Part shown: piece after piece, positions 52,064 to 64,000 of the stretch | Layout of the letters: each line of letters begins with the position of its first letter | Numbering within the stretch: position 1 is the stretch's first letter | Source: Octopus sinensis | Lineage: Eukaryota | Reading direction: 5' to 3' | DNA length: 64,000 bases | NCBI RefSeq assembly: GCF_006345805.1 | Contig: NC_042998.1 | Location: 176,824,001-176,888,000, forward strand | Position numbers and translations under genes: made by a program | The notes under the pieces: generated by a model | Told to the model about the DNA's origin: nothing | Database searches by the model: none | The model's input: the letters and a program-made list of their open reading frames with translations, nothing else

Positions 52064-55000
52064 TGTATGTATGTGTATGTTTGTTTGCTTGTTTGTGTGT
52101 GTGAGTGTGTGTATGTGTGTGTGTGTGTCTGTGTGTAAGTGTGCATATAAATTTTAGCAACAGAAGCAGTATTGGTATCGAATGGCAATCACTGTATCCT
52201 ATTCAATGCAGATGTCTAGTTAGAACGCCAAATACTGCAATGTTCGTCCTAAGAGAATCTTTTTATGCAGACGCACGATGCTAAGAGCACACATAAGTTA
52301 AGTTAGCAGACCAGAACTGTCTGGGATGGGCACCGGAACAGCCATATTCCGTGATTTCAGCATACTGCGCTTCTTCAATTTGTTCACAGTGTTACATAAA
52401 GATGATCAAGCAAATAATACATTTCGAGAAGAAAAACGCATTTGTGTTGAGAGCAAGCAACTTGATGACCTTTTATCTACCACTCATGACATTGTTAAAA
52501 GTATCCAGAAAAATTGCAGTCAACTGGCCTTTTTTGGATCAATGATCAACGTGGAACCTGATGGAACAAAAGTTTGGACAAATCCTTTATTTGGATATGG
52601 TTCCCTAACCTGAAGCCATTAGGAAATAAATTTTTAAAGAAAACTTGTACGGGGCTGTCACTGTGTGTGTATGTGCGTGTTTGTGTGTGCACACGTGTGT
52701 GTATGTGTGTGTGTGTGTGTGTGTATGCCCTTGAATGCTTACATTCTAATAATCCTAAGTTATATTCTGACCAGGCCAATGACTTCTAAGATTCTCTTAT
52801 TCTATGAATGTGTTGGTCAAAAGGTCTAATGGAAAATGTTAAACATTAGCTTGCTAATACCAACACCTTTTAACATTTTCCTTGATGAAACCAATGACTT
52901 TTCTTAACATTTCCCCACCCCCTATATTACCATGTGGTAACATCTTTATGCTCCAGCATGGTTGCAGTCCAATGATTGAAACAAGTAAAAGATAATCATT
53001 TAAAAATTTAAATTTATATTTTAACGTTAATTATAATTCTCATTAATTTAAAGTTTGTTCACTGTCACAGAGATTAATTACTCGGGGATAGCGCTCATGA
53101 CTCGGTGGGGAACAGAATGTGTAGTTGCTTCTTTTTTAGTCAGAAGATCTTATAGTCATTCCTATGAGTATTAGAAGTGCAAGAGACGTGTGTTTGCATT
53201 TACGTTTTCAATTGGTCATGAGCAAGCAGTTTACTCTACAACCCTTCGACATTTTATTTAAATACAGCAGTTAATCCAGGAGGAAATTCGTCCACTTCAC
53301 AGTTCCAGTAGGTCATTAATACTGTTACTTTTAACTTTAATTATTCCTGTTGTTGAACAATGTCCTATCGAAAAAGGTAAGCCACAAGGAAAATGTATCA
53401 GTTTCTGATCAGATAATTTCAGTTGCATCACCAATTGTTATGAAAAAGATTTAGAAGCGAGCAGCTGTTTCCAACTGAAAATATTAAGGATAATGTTTAG
53501 ATAATAAGAAACCCAAACTTTATTTAGTGGAACCCTGAGCGCTTATACAGCAGATTACTTTGAAAGTGTAGTATCGAGCGGAGTTAAAATCCTGGACGAT
53601 GAAGAACTTACGAGTAAGTACAAGCGATTCGTATTGGTTTTGGCTTGCTTGCTGAACACATTTTAATAAACATGTTATTTTAAACATCACCGTGAGAAGT
53701 AAATAAAGTGACTACGCTATTGTATTATACCTCTTCTTGGGTAGAAAAAGTGGGATCGATGATTAGTTACTAGTTTCTTAGATCTTTTTAAGAGAAAGGG
53801 TACATATCTTTTGTTTACTGAAAAATTAGTAGTTTGTATTCGATCTAGGATTTAACTAAGATGGTTTGTCTAATTTGCCTAACAGTGCATGTGCTGGCAA
53901 CAGGGACTGTTTAGTTAATTGATTAATTAATTAATTAATTAATTAATGCATTCATTCATTAATTCATTCATTCATTATTAGTGTACTTTAGAGCGTCCCT
54001 GGATAATTTGAAATATAAATTACATGAATTTTTAAAATTATAAGTATATAGTTTTAGAATTCCTGTAAAAAGAAAACGAAGTGGTTATATCACAAATTTC
54101 TCATTACAAAAATGGGATAATTCCGACTAGTATCTAAACTTGTTAGGTCTTTATCAAAGAAAGAATACCTATGTTTAGTAGCTCATAGCTTTATACAGTA
54201 CATACAAATTAGGAGACAGCTGAACTGGTCTGTCTAATTTGCAAAACAGTACATGCACTGATAAAGTAACTTAATTAATTCATTCATAACATACAGACAG
54301 ATAAAATTAATTTATTCATAGCCCACAGTGAAATAAACCATGTGGATGTAATCACATTTATTGTTTTTCGCAGTGACTTTAAAATTGAATGTTTATGAAT
54401 TAATCCACGTTGACAACACTTGCGTTGTTCTACAAATTAGAACGACTATTTTGTTGATTCCTAGATTGTATACGGTGCAAATAGTTATAAGCTATTAATC
54501 TCTCTCTGTGGACCTAAGATCGATATTCTTCGCCTATAAATGACTAGAAACTAATCAGATCCACCCGATATTTTTCTCCGCACCAAGAGATTAATCCTAT
54601 GGTGTAATAACTTTTTTTACATTTCACAACGAGGCTAAAATTATGAAGTTATTTTGAAATGCATAGGTTACATTTGAAATCACCCCCATACTCAGATTAG
54701 TCATCAGCAACTCATGGACACTATTATCTTGAGTTCTAAGTGTCATAGGTCCGGCTACCCGGTTTCCATGGTGTATTAGTGATCGAGATCACGATATTAC
54801 CCCTGAACGGGACACCAATCTGTCTTAGGGTTACTAATTTGCAAGTGAGATGATCGAAACAACGTGAAATGAAGTGTTTTGCTTAAGAACACAACGCACC
54901 ACTCTGTCCTGAAATCGAAACCACGATCGTCAGTGCAACACTAAGCACTGGGTCAAGTGCCTTTACTGCTCAAACTAGTGCACTATGAATTAATTAAGTT

Positions 55001-55734
55001 TCCAATGTCAAATACCATTTGGAACTGTACTAACATATGTGGCTTCGCTTCGCCTTGCTTTGTTTTGCTTTCGTATATCAAGTGAGAATACGTAGGTGTA
55101 TGCATATTAACTTGTGTGCATCTTGTGTAGAAAATGATTTCTTCAGGTGTTATGTACTGGAGAGGAAAAAATAAGCTGAGAAATTTTTCAATATTATATT
55201 TTATTAAAAAAAAAAAACCAACGATTTTATCCAGTTTATTCAAAAGACAGGATGCATCTTGTTGAATACTTGAGAAGATTCTTTATAAGGTTTGCTAGTA
55301 ACGGATTTTGCTGGGGTTTAAAATGTTTAAGAGGCGTGGCATTGATGGGGTTGCTAAGTTTATTAATTAACTTCAAAGAACTCACCACAGATGGGTTGCT
55401 AAATTTAGTCTTGAGTTTGTCATCAGTAATGATTCAAAGACATCAACATCGTGTAATTATTTGTTTGAGTTAGAAGGAATTACATTTGGTTTTCTTTAAG
55501 ATTAATATTCACCAAGTGGCTTTTAAAGTGTTAGAGCATTGAGCAATATCTCTTGCGGTATTTACTTACGATTTAATTCGTTCTGAGTTCAAACTCTGCT
55601 AAGGTGACTTTATCTATCAAAGGTCGGTAAAATAAATCAGTCAAATCCACGCGTCGATGAATTTTTTTAATGTTTTAATTTTAGTCTGGAGGAGGAGGAA
55701 GTACTCATGATTTTTGCAAAACGTCCGAGACCCG

Positions 55735-55930
55735 TCGGCATAATGCCGCTTATGTTCCATGTTAACTGCTGAAAAGACATGCATCAGGGAAGAGATTCCA
55801 GAAAGTCGATGTTCCGGGAATGTAGATAAGGCCTGAGGAATGTGGATGCAACAAGGATAGCGAAAAGTGACTCGCGCGCATGAGTAGAGGAGGCATGAGA
55901 CCAGCTAGCTTCAAGGAAGAAATCGACTAC
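55735..55930 (-). pseudogene. LINE ORF2 C-terminal relic (Jockey/CR1-like)
   Basis: LAGLMPPLL..SHFSL..PGTSTFWNLFP resembles the EL..LMPP..SH..SF.P.T..LWN.LP motif. Confidence 0.5.
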
Positions 55931-56108
55931 AGATCTCCATCAAATTTGTGGTTCTGAATCCACGATAGAAATCATTTCTATCATTGGAAGCACTTTAAGT
56001 GGGTTATGAGTATTGCCTTTCCTCCGGCATAAAAGTTTGCCGTAATTACCACTGTTGTTGCTGTTGTTGTTTTGTTGTAGTTTTGTTGCTGTTATTGATA
56101 TTGGTATT

Positions 56109-56527
56109 GAAGGCGGCGAGCTGGCAGAAACGTTAGCACGCCGGGCGAAATGCTTAGCGCTATTTCGTCTGCCGTTACGTTGTGAGTTCAAATTCCGCCG
56201 AGGTCGACTTTGCCTTTCATCCTTTCCGGGTCGATAAATTAAGTACCAGTTACGTACTGTGGTCGATGTAATCGACTTAATACCTATGTCTGTCCTTGTT
56301 TGTCCCCTCTGTGTTTAGCCCCTTGTGGGTAGTAAAGAAACAGGTATTTCGTCTGCCGTTACGTTGTGAGTTCAAATTCCACCGAGGTCGACTTTGCCTT
56401 TCATCCTTTCGATAAATTAAGTACCAGTTACGCACTGGGGTCGATGTATTCGACTTAATACCTATGTCTGTCCTTGTTTGTCCCCTCTGTGTTTAGCCCC
56501 TTGTAGGTAATAAAAGAAATAGGTATT
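56109..56527 (+). mobile_element. SINE family B dimer
   Basis: Head plus two bodies joined at aaagaaacag|gtatttcgtctg; ends in ggtatt. Confidence 0.9.
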
Positions 56528-56664
56528 GAAGGCTTCAGTTCCAAGAAAAAAGGGTAGTATACTTAAATACTTTTTTCATGGCCTCCGAAACTTGATAGGA
56601 GCAAAAAAAGGAGGTTTTTTTTCAAGCCGTAATCCTGAAACGAATGTATGCAAGTTGGTCGTGT

Positions 56665-56740
56665 TCGCTAAAGGTGGATGGAATTCTGCTAAAGGTGGGT
56701 GGAGTTCTGCTAAAGGTATGTGAAATCTGCTAAACACCAC
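56665..56740. repeat. ~21-bp tandem repeat, 3-4 copies (tctgctaaaggtgg.tgga.t)
   Basis: Seen directly in the sequence. Confidence 0.8.
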
Positions 56741-57824
56741 CATCGGAGCACTGGATCAATGGCCTAATGGTGTTGTTAAACCAGGAGTCAGATTATGTTT
56801 AACACCTCCGAAAAAGAAAGATTCCCTCGCCAGACTTTCACAGTTTCCATCCACCAAATTTCACTTTCATGATTTAATCGACATGAAGCAATGGAAAACG
56901 CTATTTATTCAATGTGCCGCACACTAGGATCAAACCGGGAAACCTGTAGTTGCAAATCAAAATTAACTACAGAATCATAAGGTTGTGTAAAAGATAGCAT
57001 CATCCTATACTGGGATCGAAATCAGACAGTTAATTTAACTTCCAAGCGGGAATTTTTCCACACCAACAACTGCGATAATCGTTTTTAAATGAAACGCTTG
57101 CTAATATGAGTCATGGAGGGAGACTCCGTGCTATTGTGCGACATGTTAAAAATAATAGCTAAATCTCCCTCAAATCACATTATATTGTCGTAAAGTGAAG
57201 AAGAATGCGTTGAATATGTGCTGGTTACGTCTAAAACGTATTTCTTTATGATAGCAACTACAACGACGATTACGATGACGATAACAACTACAACAACAAT
57301 TTTAGCAAGCTGAATATAAATGAAGCAAGGGATACTTCCGTGCAAACAAATGTTCTCTCTCTCTCTTCCTTAAATTATTGTTATGTGTTTTGCTCTCTAA
57401 CCCAAAGGATCTCATCTTACTTGACCGTGGTCATAGCATTCTCGTTACTACGCAATCAGGAATTTCGTTCACCCGTTTCTAAAGAGAATTTTAAAATTGC
57501 CCTAAAAACACAGAAAGAAAGAAAAATAATGAAAACAAGAGAAATGTATTGAGTACAGGGAAAATGCTCTGGAACTTAGCAACCTTGCCGAAAAGCTAAC
57601 ATAGAATCTCTAAAACTATTTTAAAAATACTATTTATAAAAAAATTAAAAAATGCTGTTTTCAGTAACTTTAAATAAATTTAGCAGCTTTATTTTATTCT
57701 TAAATTTTTATATTGGATTTAATAATCCCTGCTTTAATAGTAATGGGTTTACGTAGTAAACCCAATATTATTTCTGATGAATATGGAAAAAGGTGCATAC
57801 ATTCTAGAAATAATTTCGATTTCC

Positions 57825-58040
57825 AAGGCAGAGGGACTCGCAGAATCGTTTGCACGCCGGACAAAATGCTTAGCGGCATTTCGTCCGTTTTACATTGTGA
57901 GTTCACATTCCACCGAGGTTGACTTTGCCTTTTATCCTTTCAGTGTCGATAAAATAAATACCAGTTTAATCACTGGGATCGATGTAATCGACTTAACCGC
58001 TCCTCGAAATTGCTGGCCTTGTGCCAAAATTTGAAATCAA
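57825..58040 (+). mobile_element. SINE family B-like
   Basis: gcagaatcgtttgcacgccggacaaaatgcttagcggcatttcgtc..gactttgcctttt. Confidence 0.75.
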
Positions 58041-58180
58041 TGATATTGATTTGTTGACATGGTGCAAAACAACACGGTTTTGGAAGGAAAATTTTGATAA
58101 ATCGATCCAGTACTTTATTTTATCGATCCCGGAAGGAGAGAGAGAAAGAGAGATAGAGATAGAGAGACAGAGAGAGAGAC

Positions 58181-58211
<31 letters not shown>

Positions 58212-58619
58212 AAGAGAGACAGGGAGAGAGAGAGCGAGTGAGAGGGTAGCATTACGGGTAACCTGCATATCAAGAAGGATCAAAACGTGAATCCTTTTTC
58301 AAAAACTTTGATTAGCTTTGTTCGTATTCTGCTGGTTATCGCTGAAGGTGACACAGTTCGACTTCCCTAGATGTATGAATTGCTACAAAGACCACACTGA
58401 GTATATTTTTCTCTTTCTTCTCCACCTTTTATCTCCATCTCTGTCTCTCTATCTGCATACGTGCATACATACACAGGTCGTATTTTCGCAAGCAGATATG
58501 CAATACGTGCGTATATGTAATATAAATATTTATTCCGTATACAAGAACCAAAGATATCTAATCATAGGAACACATGCAGTGTCCATCCTTCCATTCATCC
58601 ATCCATACATACATACACT

Positions 58620-59062
58620 CACTAATACACACACACACACACACCTACACACACACATACATACATACATACATACTTACATACATACATACATACGTAC
58701 ATACATACATACATACATACATACATGCTTGCATACATACATACATACATGCATACATACATACATACATACATACATACATACATACATACATACATAC
58801 ATACATACATGCTTGCATACATACATACATACATGCTTGCATACATACGTACATACATGCATACATACATACATACATACATACATACATACATGCTTGC
58901 ATACATACATACATACATGCTTGCATACATACATACATGCTTGCATACATACATACATACATGCATACATACATACATACATACATACATACATGCATAC
59001 ATACATACATACATACATACATACATACATAAATAAATACATACATACATACATACATACAT

Positions 59063-59093
<31 letters not shown>

Positions 59094-59140
59094 TACATAC
59101 ATACATACATACATACATACATACATACATACATGCATAC
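58620..59140. repeat. (CATA)n array with interspersed catgcttg
   Basis: Seen directly in the sequence. Confidence 0.95.
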
Positions 59141-59909
59141 ATATACACCCATATCAATCAACGCATGGCGGATATATCGCTAATGCTTTTTCCTTAGGGC
59201 ACTCTAGCAGAGCTCTCGGCTGTATATTGAACCTAGGTCGCAGACACAGATCACCATGACCTTGTGACATTCGAAATAGCTCTTGCAATGCGCGCGCACA
59301 CGCACGCAGACACACACACCACACACACACACACATATACACATGCGCGCGCATGCAATGTTAAAGAGGTTTGCCAACATGTATGAAAGATAAAGGTAGT
59401 TTATATGTAATAGTAGAAGAGGGGATTGAAATGATGGAAAGTAAAAGAGAATAAGCGTGTGAGAGAAAGAGAAAGAGAGAGAGAGAAAGAAAGAAAGAAA
59501 GAAAGAAAGAAAAAAATTGATAAATGAAGAAAGAAAGGATGAAAGATAGAAATAAAGAATGAAAGATAGAAAGAAAGAAAGAAAGAAAGAAAGAGGGAAT
59601 GAAATTAGTATAGAGTCAAACAGATACAGAAGTATACACGTTGCCACTCAATATTTTCTCAAGCAAGATATTAGAACATTCACTGAAGGCAGTAAATTTT
59701 TGTGACCCCACTTCGGTCTTGAATGACCATGGGATTGCACCTAGAAAGTTACCCTCCGAAGTACAAGTCCAGGCAAGGTTGTTTATGGAAGACCAGCAGT
59801 CACCCACGCATACCAGCCTCCCCTCTTCACCCCATCGATGTTATCCAAGGGAAAGGCAAAGGCGGATACAGCTTGGTATCAGTAACGTCGCAGCTCATTT
59901 ATTGACGTG

Positions 59910-60020
59910 CAAGTGGCCGAGCACTCCACAAACACGTGTACCCTTAACGTAGTTCTCGGGGAGATTCAGCGTGAAACAGAGTGTGACAAAGCTGGCCCTT
60001 TGAAATACAGGTACAACAGA
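59910..60020 (-). mobile_element. SINE family C, 3' part
   Basis: Reverse complement of 23545-23650. Confidence 0.75.
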
Positions 60021-60357
60021 AAAAGGAAGAAAGAGTGAGAGAAAGTTGTGGTGAAAGAGTACAGCAGGGTTCACCACTACCCACTGCCGGAGCCTTGTGA
60101 AGCTTTAGATGTTTTTGCTTAATAAACATTGCGCGGTCTGGGAATCGAAACCGCGATCCTACGACCGCGAGTCCGCTGCCCTAAGAACTGGGCCAATGCC
60201 CCTCCACATGGACGTAAATAATTAGATATTTAATATCAATTTTGATTATTTAGTTGGTAGGTAACATATTTTCACTAAGTACAAACATTTTGGAAAGTCC
60301 ATTCTAAACAGAAAACACATGACCAACTGACTGCAGAGATCTAACACAGTTATATAT

Positions 60358-60720
60358 CATCTATCTATCTATCTATTGGCAATCCCTCAAGGTCGAGGAT
60401 GATGGTCTTCGCGCAAATTTATTGGTGAGTCCGCAGGTGACTGATAAGACCAATTCTTGCTCGAAAAGATCGGTCACAGTGCGGACATCTAGTGCCGGAA
60501 GGGAGAGTCGCACGTGGTTGTTGTTGGCGCTCCTTCCGTCGTCGTCTTTTCTCCTCCAGCTCTGCAGACCTTTTCGACTCGAAATTCGCCGTTCCCTCAA
60601 GGATGGTGGTTTTCCAGAGTGGTCTGTTTTTTGCCGTTTCCTCCCAGTTGGTGAAGTCAATGTCACACTTTTTGAGGTTCGATTTCAGGGAGTCCTTGTA
60701 GCGTTTCTTGGAAGGATATA
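60358..60720 (-). mobile_element. 3' end of an RTE LINE with terminal C2H2 finger
   Basis: KRYKDSLKSNLKKCDID..WEETAKNRPLW..CPHCDRSFRARIGLISHLRTH*; (GATA)n tail. Confidence 0.88.
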
Positions 60721-60722
60721 TA

Positions 60723-60885
60723 CGAGGGGCTGCTGAAAAGTTCCTGACTTTAAGGGTGTCGCGAAAGGCCTGGACGGAGGCCCAACCTTCCGGGCTCTTT
60801 TGCAGGGCTAAGAAAAACTGAAGCATTGCCGCAATAAGTGTGTGAATCTGAGGGAGAATATGTTGAATAAAATCACCCTCCCCCG
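60723..60885 (+). mobile_element. Mariner deletion derivative
   Basis: TA|CGAGGGGCTGCTGAAAAGTTCC TIR; residual GEYVE*; inverted homologue of 62183-62399. Confidence 0.8.
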
Positions 60886-61041
60886 TACACATTTTTTAAA
60901 TGTCACATCTAATTTTAACTTTTATTTTCATTTTTCCATTTTCGAACTTGGCAAATGTAAAGAAGTTTAACAAAGGAAGCACCTCACCCCAGCATTTAGT
61001 TAAAAACTAATGAATTATGTCCGTATAGTCTTTATATATAT

Positions 61042-61271
61042 TTCTTTACTACCCACAAGGGGCTAAACATAGAGGGGACAAACAAGGACAGACAAAGGGA
61101 TTAAATCGATTACATCGATCCCAGTGCGAATCTAGTAATTTATGTATCGACCCCGAAAGGATGAAAGGCAAAGTCGACCTCGGCGGAATTTGAACTCAGA
61201 ACGTAACGACAGACGAAATACGGCTAAGCATATCGCCCGGCGCGCTAACGTTTCTGCCAGCTCGCCGCCTT
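61042..61271 (-). mobile_element. SINE family B monomer
   Basis: Full-length match. Confidence 0.9.
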
Positions 61272-61715
61272 TAGTCTTTATATATATATGGGCACATATA
61301 TGGGTATATATAGTCTTTATATATATATATGGGTACATATGTGTGTGTGTGTATGCACGTATGCATACATGCACATACATATATATGCAAACCCGTACTG
61401 CGGTGGCATGGGATATTAGTCGCATTCTTTCCATACTACAGCGAAGGAAAGATTCGGCCGCATTTGGAGTGTCTGAGCAATCCATTCCAGAGAAAGTACT
61501 GCTTACATGTTAAACTCGAAGTACCTACAAAAGGTGAGTTAAACAAAGCTTGCCTGACTCTAGAATTGGTCAGGAAGCCGCTGTAGGCTGTTGACAACTC
61601 TTTGCGGGCTTCCGTTTTAACAATTTACACATGTACAGCTTTTTATGAGGTAATCGAACACAGACACAAGTTGAGTGCCATCAACACTATATATCTACAA
61701 ATGCGCACGCACGCA

Positions 61716-61760
<45 letters not shown>

Positions 61761-61825
61761 CACGCATGCACACACACAATTATACATATTCATAAAAAGA
61801 TCAATATACATACCTATATATACAC

Positions 61826-62012
<187 letters not shown>

Positions 62013-62020
62013 ATATATCA

Positions 62021-62168
62021 CGGGAAGCTTTATGAAAATAGACAAAAGACGAAGGCAGGTGGGAAACAAACAAACAATTGTATTAGTATGGCGCTCAGGA
62101 AATATAAATAAAACAAGTCTTTAACGTTTCGAGCCTACGCTCTTCAACAGAAAGATACACAGAGAGAA
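62021..62168 (-). mobile_element. Penelope-LTR-like fragment with hammerhead-like motif
   Basis: Minus 62118-62155: UCUUU-CUGUUGA-A-GAGC-GUAG-GCUC-GAAAC-GUU-AAAGA; in (TA)n. Confidence 0.6.
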
Positions 62169-62182
62169 TATATGTATATATA

Positions 62183-62399
62183 CGAGTGGGTGTTGAAAAG
62201 TTCCTGACTTTGGGTAAAAGAAAATGCAGGAAGATCAGTTAATTATGATTTTATTCAACATATTCCCCTCTCAGATTCATACATTTATTGTAGCGGTCCT
62301 TCAGTTTTTCTAAACCTTGTTTAAGAACTCGGAAGGATGGGCCGCCAACCAGGCCTTTCATGGCACCTTTAAAACCAGGAACTTTTCAGCATCCCCTTG
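62183..62399 (-). mobile_element. Mariner-derived MITE with TIRs and TA TSD
   Basis: TIRs cgagtgggtgttgaaaagttcctg / caggaacttttcagcatccccttg; TA on both sides; frameshifted internal remnant KAWLAAHPSEF..LEKLKDRYNKCMNLRGEYVE*. Confidence 0.88.
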
Positions 62400-62610
62400 T
62401 ACACACACACACACACACCACACACACACACACACATACATACGTATATAAATGAAAAAAAAAGACGTATGGTAAATGAACAAACGACATAACATATACT
62501 GAGTTTACAACCGGGCGCGGGACAAACTCAGAAAGTCCCTAATTCTTTATCAGTTATCAACCAATTGGTTATACTCAGTTTCACACCATACATACATGTA
62601 TGTATGTATG

Positions 62611-62644
<34 letters not shown>

Positions 62645-62667
62645 TGTATGTATGTATGTATGTATGT

Positions 62668-62915
62668 GTGGAGGTGCGTGGCTCAGTGGTTAGGGTGTCA
62701 GCATCATGATCGTAAGATTGTAGTTTCGATTCCTGAACCGGGCGACGCGTTGTGTTCTTGAGCAAAACACTTCATTTCACATTGCTCCAGTCTACTCAGC
62801 TGGCAAAAATGAGTAACCCTGCGATAGACTGGCGTCCCGTCCAGCTGGGGAACGCACACGCCATTGAAACCGGGAAGCCGGACCCATGAGCCTGGCTAAG
62901 CTTTAAAAGGGTGCA
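62668..62915 (+). mobile_element. tRNA-derived CORE-like SINE (family C variant)
   Basis: ggctcagtggttagg A box, gtttcgattcc B box, gtgttcttgagcaaaacactt CORE-like segment. Confidence 0.8.
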
Positions 62916-63604
62916 TTTATTGTATGTATGTATGTATGTATGTATGTATGTCAGGTCACTTTCGAGTGCTACTGGTAACATGTAATCCAGTACAACCTGT
63001 TGCATGGTCGGGTCGTCGGCAACCCCACCAAGCTTGCTTGGTGAGGAGGTGTTTATTGGACACCCTGCGGGATGAAAGACAAAACCTGTCAAAGGGCGGA
63101 GGAACTCTTGAGAGTCAACGGCCATCCAATAAATGTGTAATTTTTGTTTCTTAAGGCTTAAGGCTGTATCATGCGCGGGGACATAGAAATAATCGGACTG
63201 AATACCCGATCGCGCAGTTAAACCATTGGGAGTGAAGGACTCCTAGCCTTTGTTAGGGCATCCTTCTAGGAGAAGGTAACACAGGTAACTGAGATAACTC
63301 AGGCATAAAACCTGCGGCTCAGTGGTTACCGATGATGTTAACTTGTTCTTCTTTTCGGATTAAAGCTGCTGTTGCTTAGTGAGTGGGATTGACTCAGTGC
63401 ACAGCCTTTCCTCACTTTAAAAAAATCTTCTTGCACAGGCATTGCACGATAACAACATTGTTCATGATTATTGATGGTGCTGTGAGTCTGAACTGAATGG
63501 CTGGCTGTAGCCTTAAAAAGCAAATAAAAGTCGCATTCGATCACAGCACCAGTAACAGCTAAGCTTCGTGCAATGGCCATACTCGATAACGAGGGGGCAG
63601 CCAT

Positions 63605-63810
63605 AATGTATGTATGTATGTATGTATGTATGTATGTATGTATGTATGTATGTATGTATGTATGTATGTATGTATGTATGTATGTATGTGTATGTATGTA
63701 TGTATGTATGTATGTATGTATGTCATTATTCAGTTTTCTTTCAAGATTTCTTGCTAATAGAAAACGAGACGGTTTCTAACCTAGATCCAAGGCTCCTTCA
63801 TTGGAGTTTC
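63605..63810 (-). mobile_element. (TATG)n plus 3' UTR remnant of the RLE-type family
   Basis: gagacggtttctaacctagatccaaggctccttcattgga resembles gagccggtttccaacaaagatacaagtctccctctttggga at ~29570. Confidence 0.45.
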
Positions 63811-64000
63811 AACATCATGTATGTGTGTGTGTATGTGTGTGTGTTTGTTGTTGCAAGAATATATATGCGCACGTATATTTATATATGTTAGCATGTATGT
63901 TAGCACAAAGCCTAGTTTGACATGTGACGAGAGTGGGCGTATCTAAGAAAGGAAGGCTTTAGAAGGCATCAGAAAAGCCACATAAAGGTAGTTATTAACT

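Noticed and set aside
52326-52613. 95-aa ORF with ordinary composition
   Set aside because: No recognisable motif and no convincing splice-site pair.
54983-55243. Minus-strand exon after a strong acceptor (ttttttcctctccag|TACATAACACC)
   Set aside because: Only weak donors, no recognisable peptide and no partner exon.
57590-57780. NUMT or mitochondrial tRNA cluster
   Set aside because: AT-rich with a small hairpin, but no tRNA fold or mitochondrial gene motif was recognised.
60419-60892. Host zinc-finger gene
   Set aside because: It is a chimera of a mariner MITE and the RTE ORF C-terminus.

Overview
AT-rich, repeat-dominated animal genomic DNA. The SINE and microsatellite families I recognise suggest an octopus (coleoid cephalopod); this is an inference. 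No host gene can be called with confidence, and almost all long ORFs in the track are microsatellite read-through. Real coding remnants are all transposon-derived: a Helitron PIF1-like helicase C-terminus with intact frame (24128-24844), Penelope-like RT/GIY-YIG, an R4/Dong-type RLE LINE, RTE, CR1/Jockey-like LINEs, and mariner, Tigger and Merlin transposases. At least three tRNA-derived SINE families are present, some as tandem multimers. The most interesting observations are: (1) several short Penelope-LTR-like elements in (TA)n carrying minimal hammerhead-ribozyme folds with recurrent core variants; (2) a 932-bp Merlin derivative holding a dense CCAAT/RFX X-box/NRF1 motif cluster; (3) LINE 3' ends tied to specific microsatellites, (AAT)n and (CATA)n; (4) four Helitrons with clear termini, one with a 5x amplified terminator hairpin unit; (5) a ~340-bp five-copy array of SINE head plus a hammerhead-like fragment. 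There is a 100-N scaffold gap at 44539-44638. All calls are by eye, with no database search or folding run; coordinates of degenerate elements are approximate.
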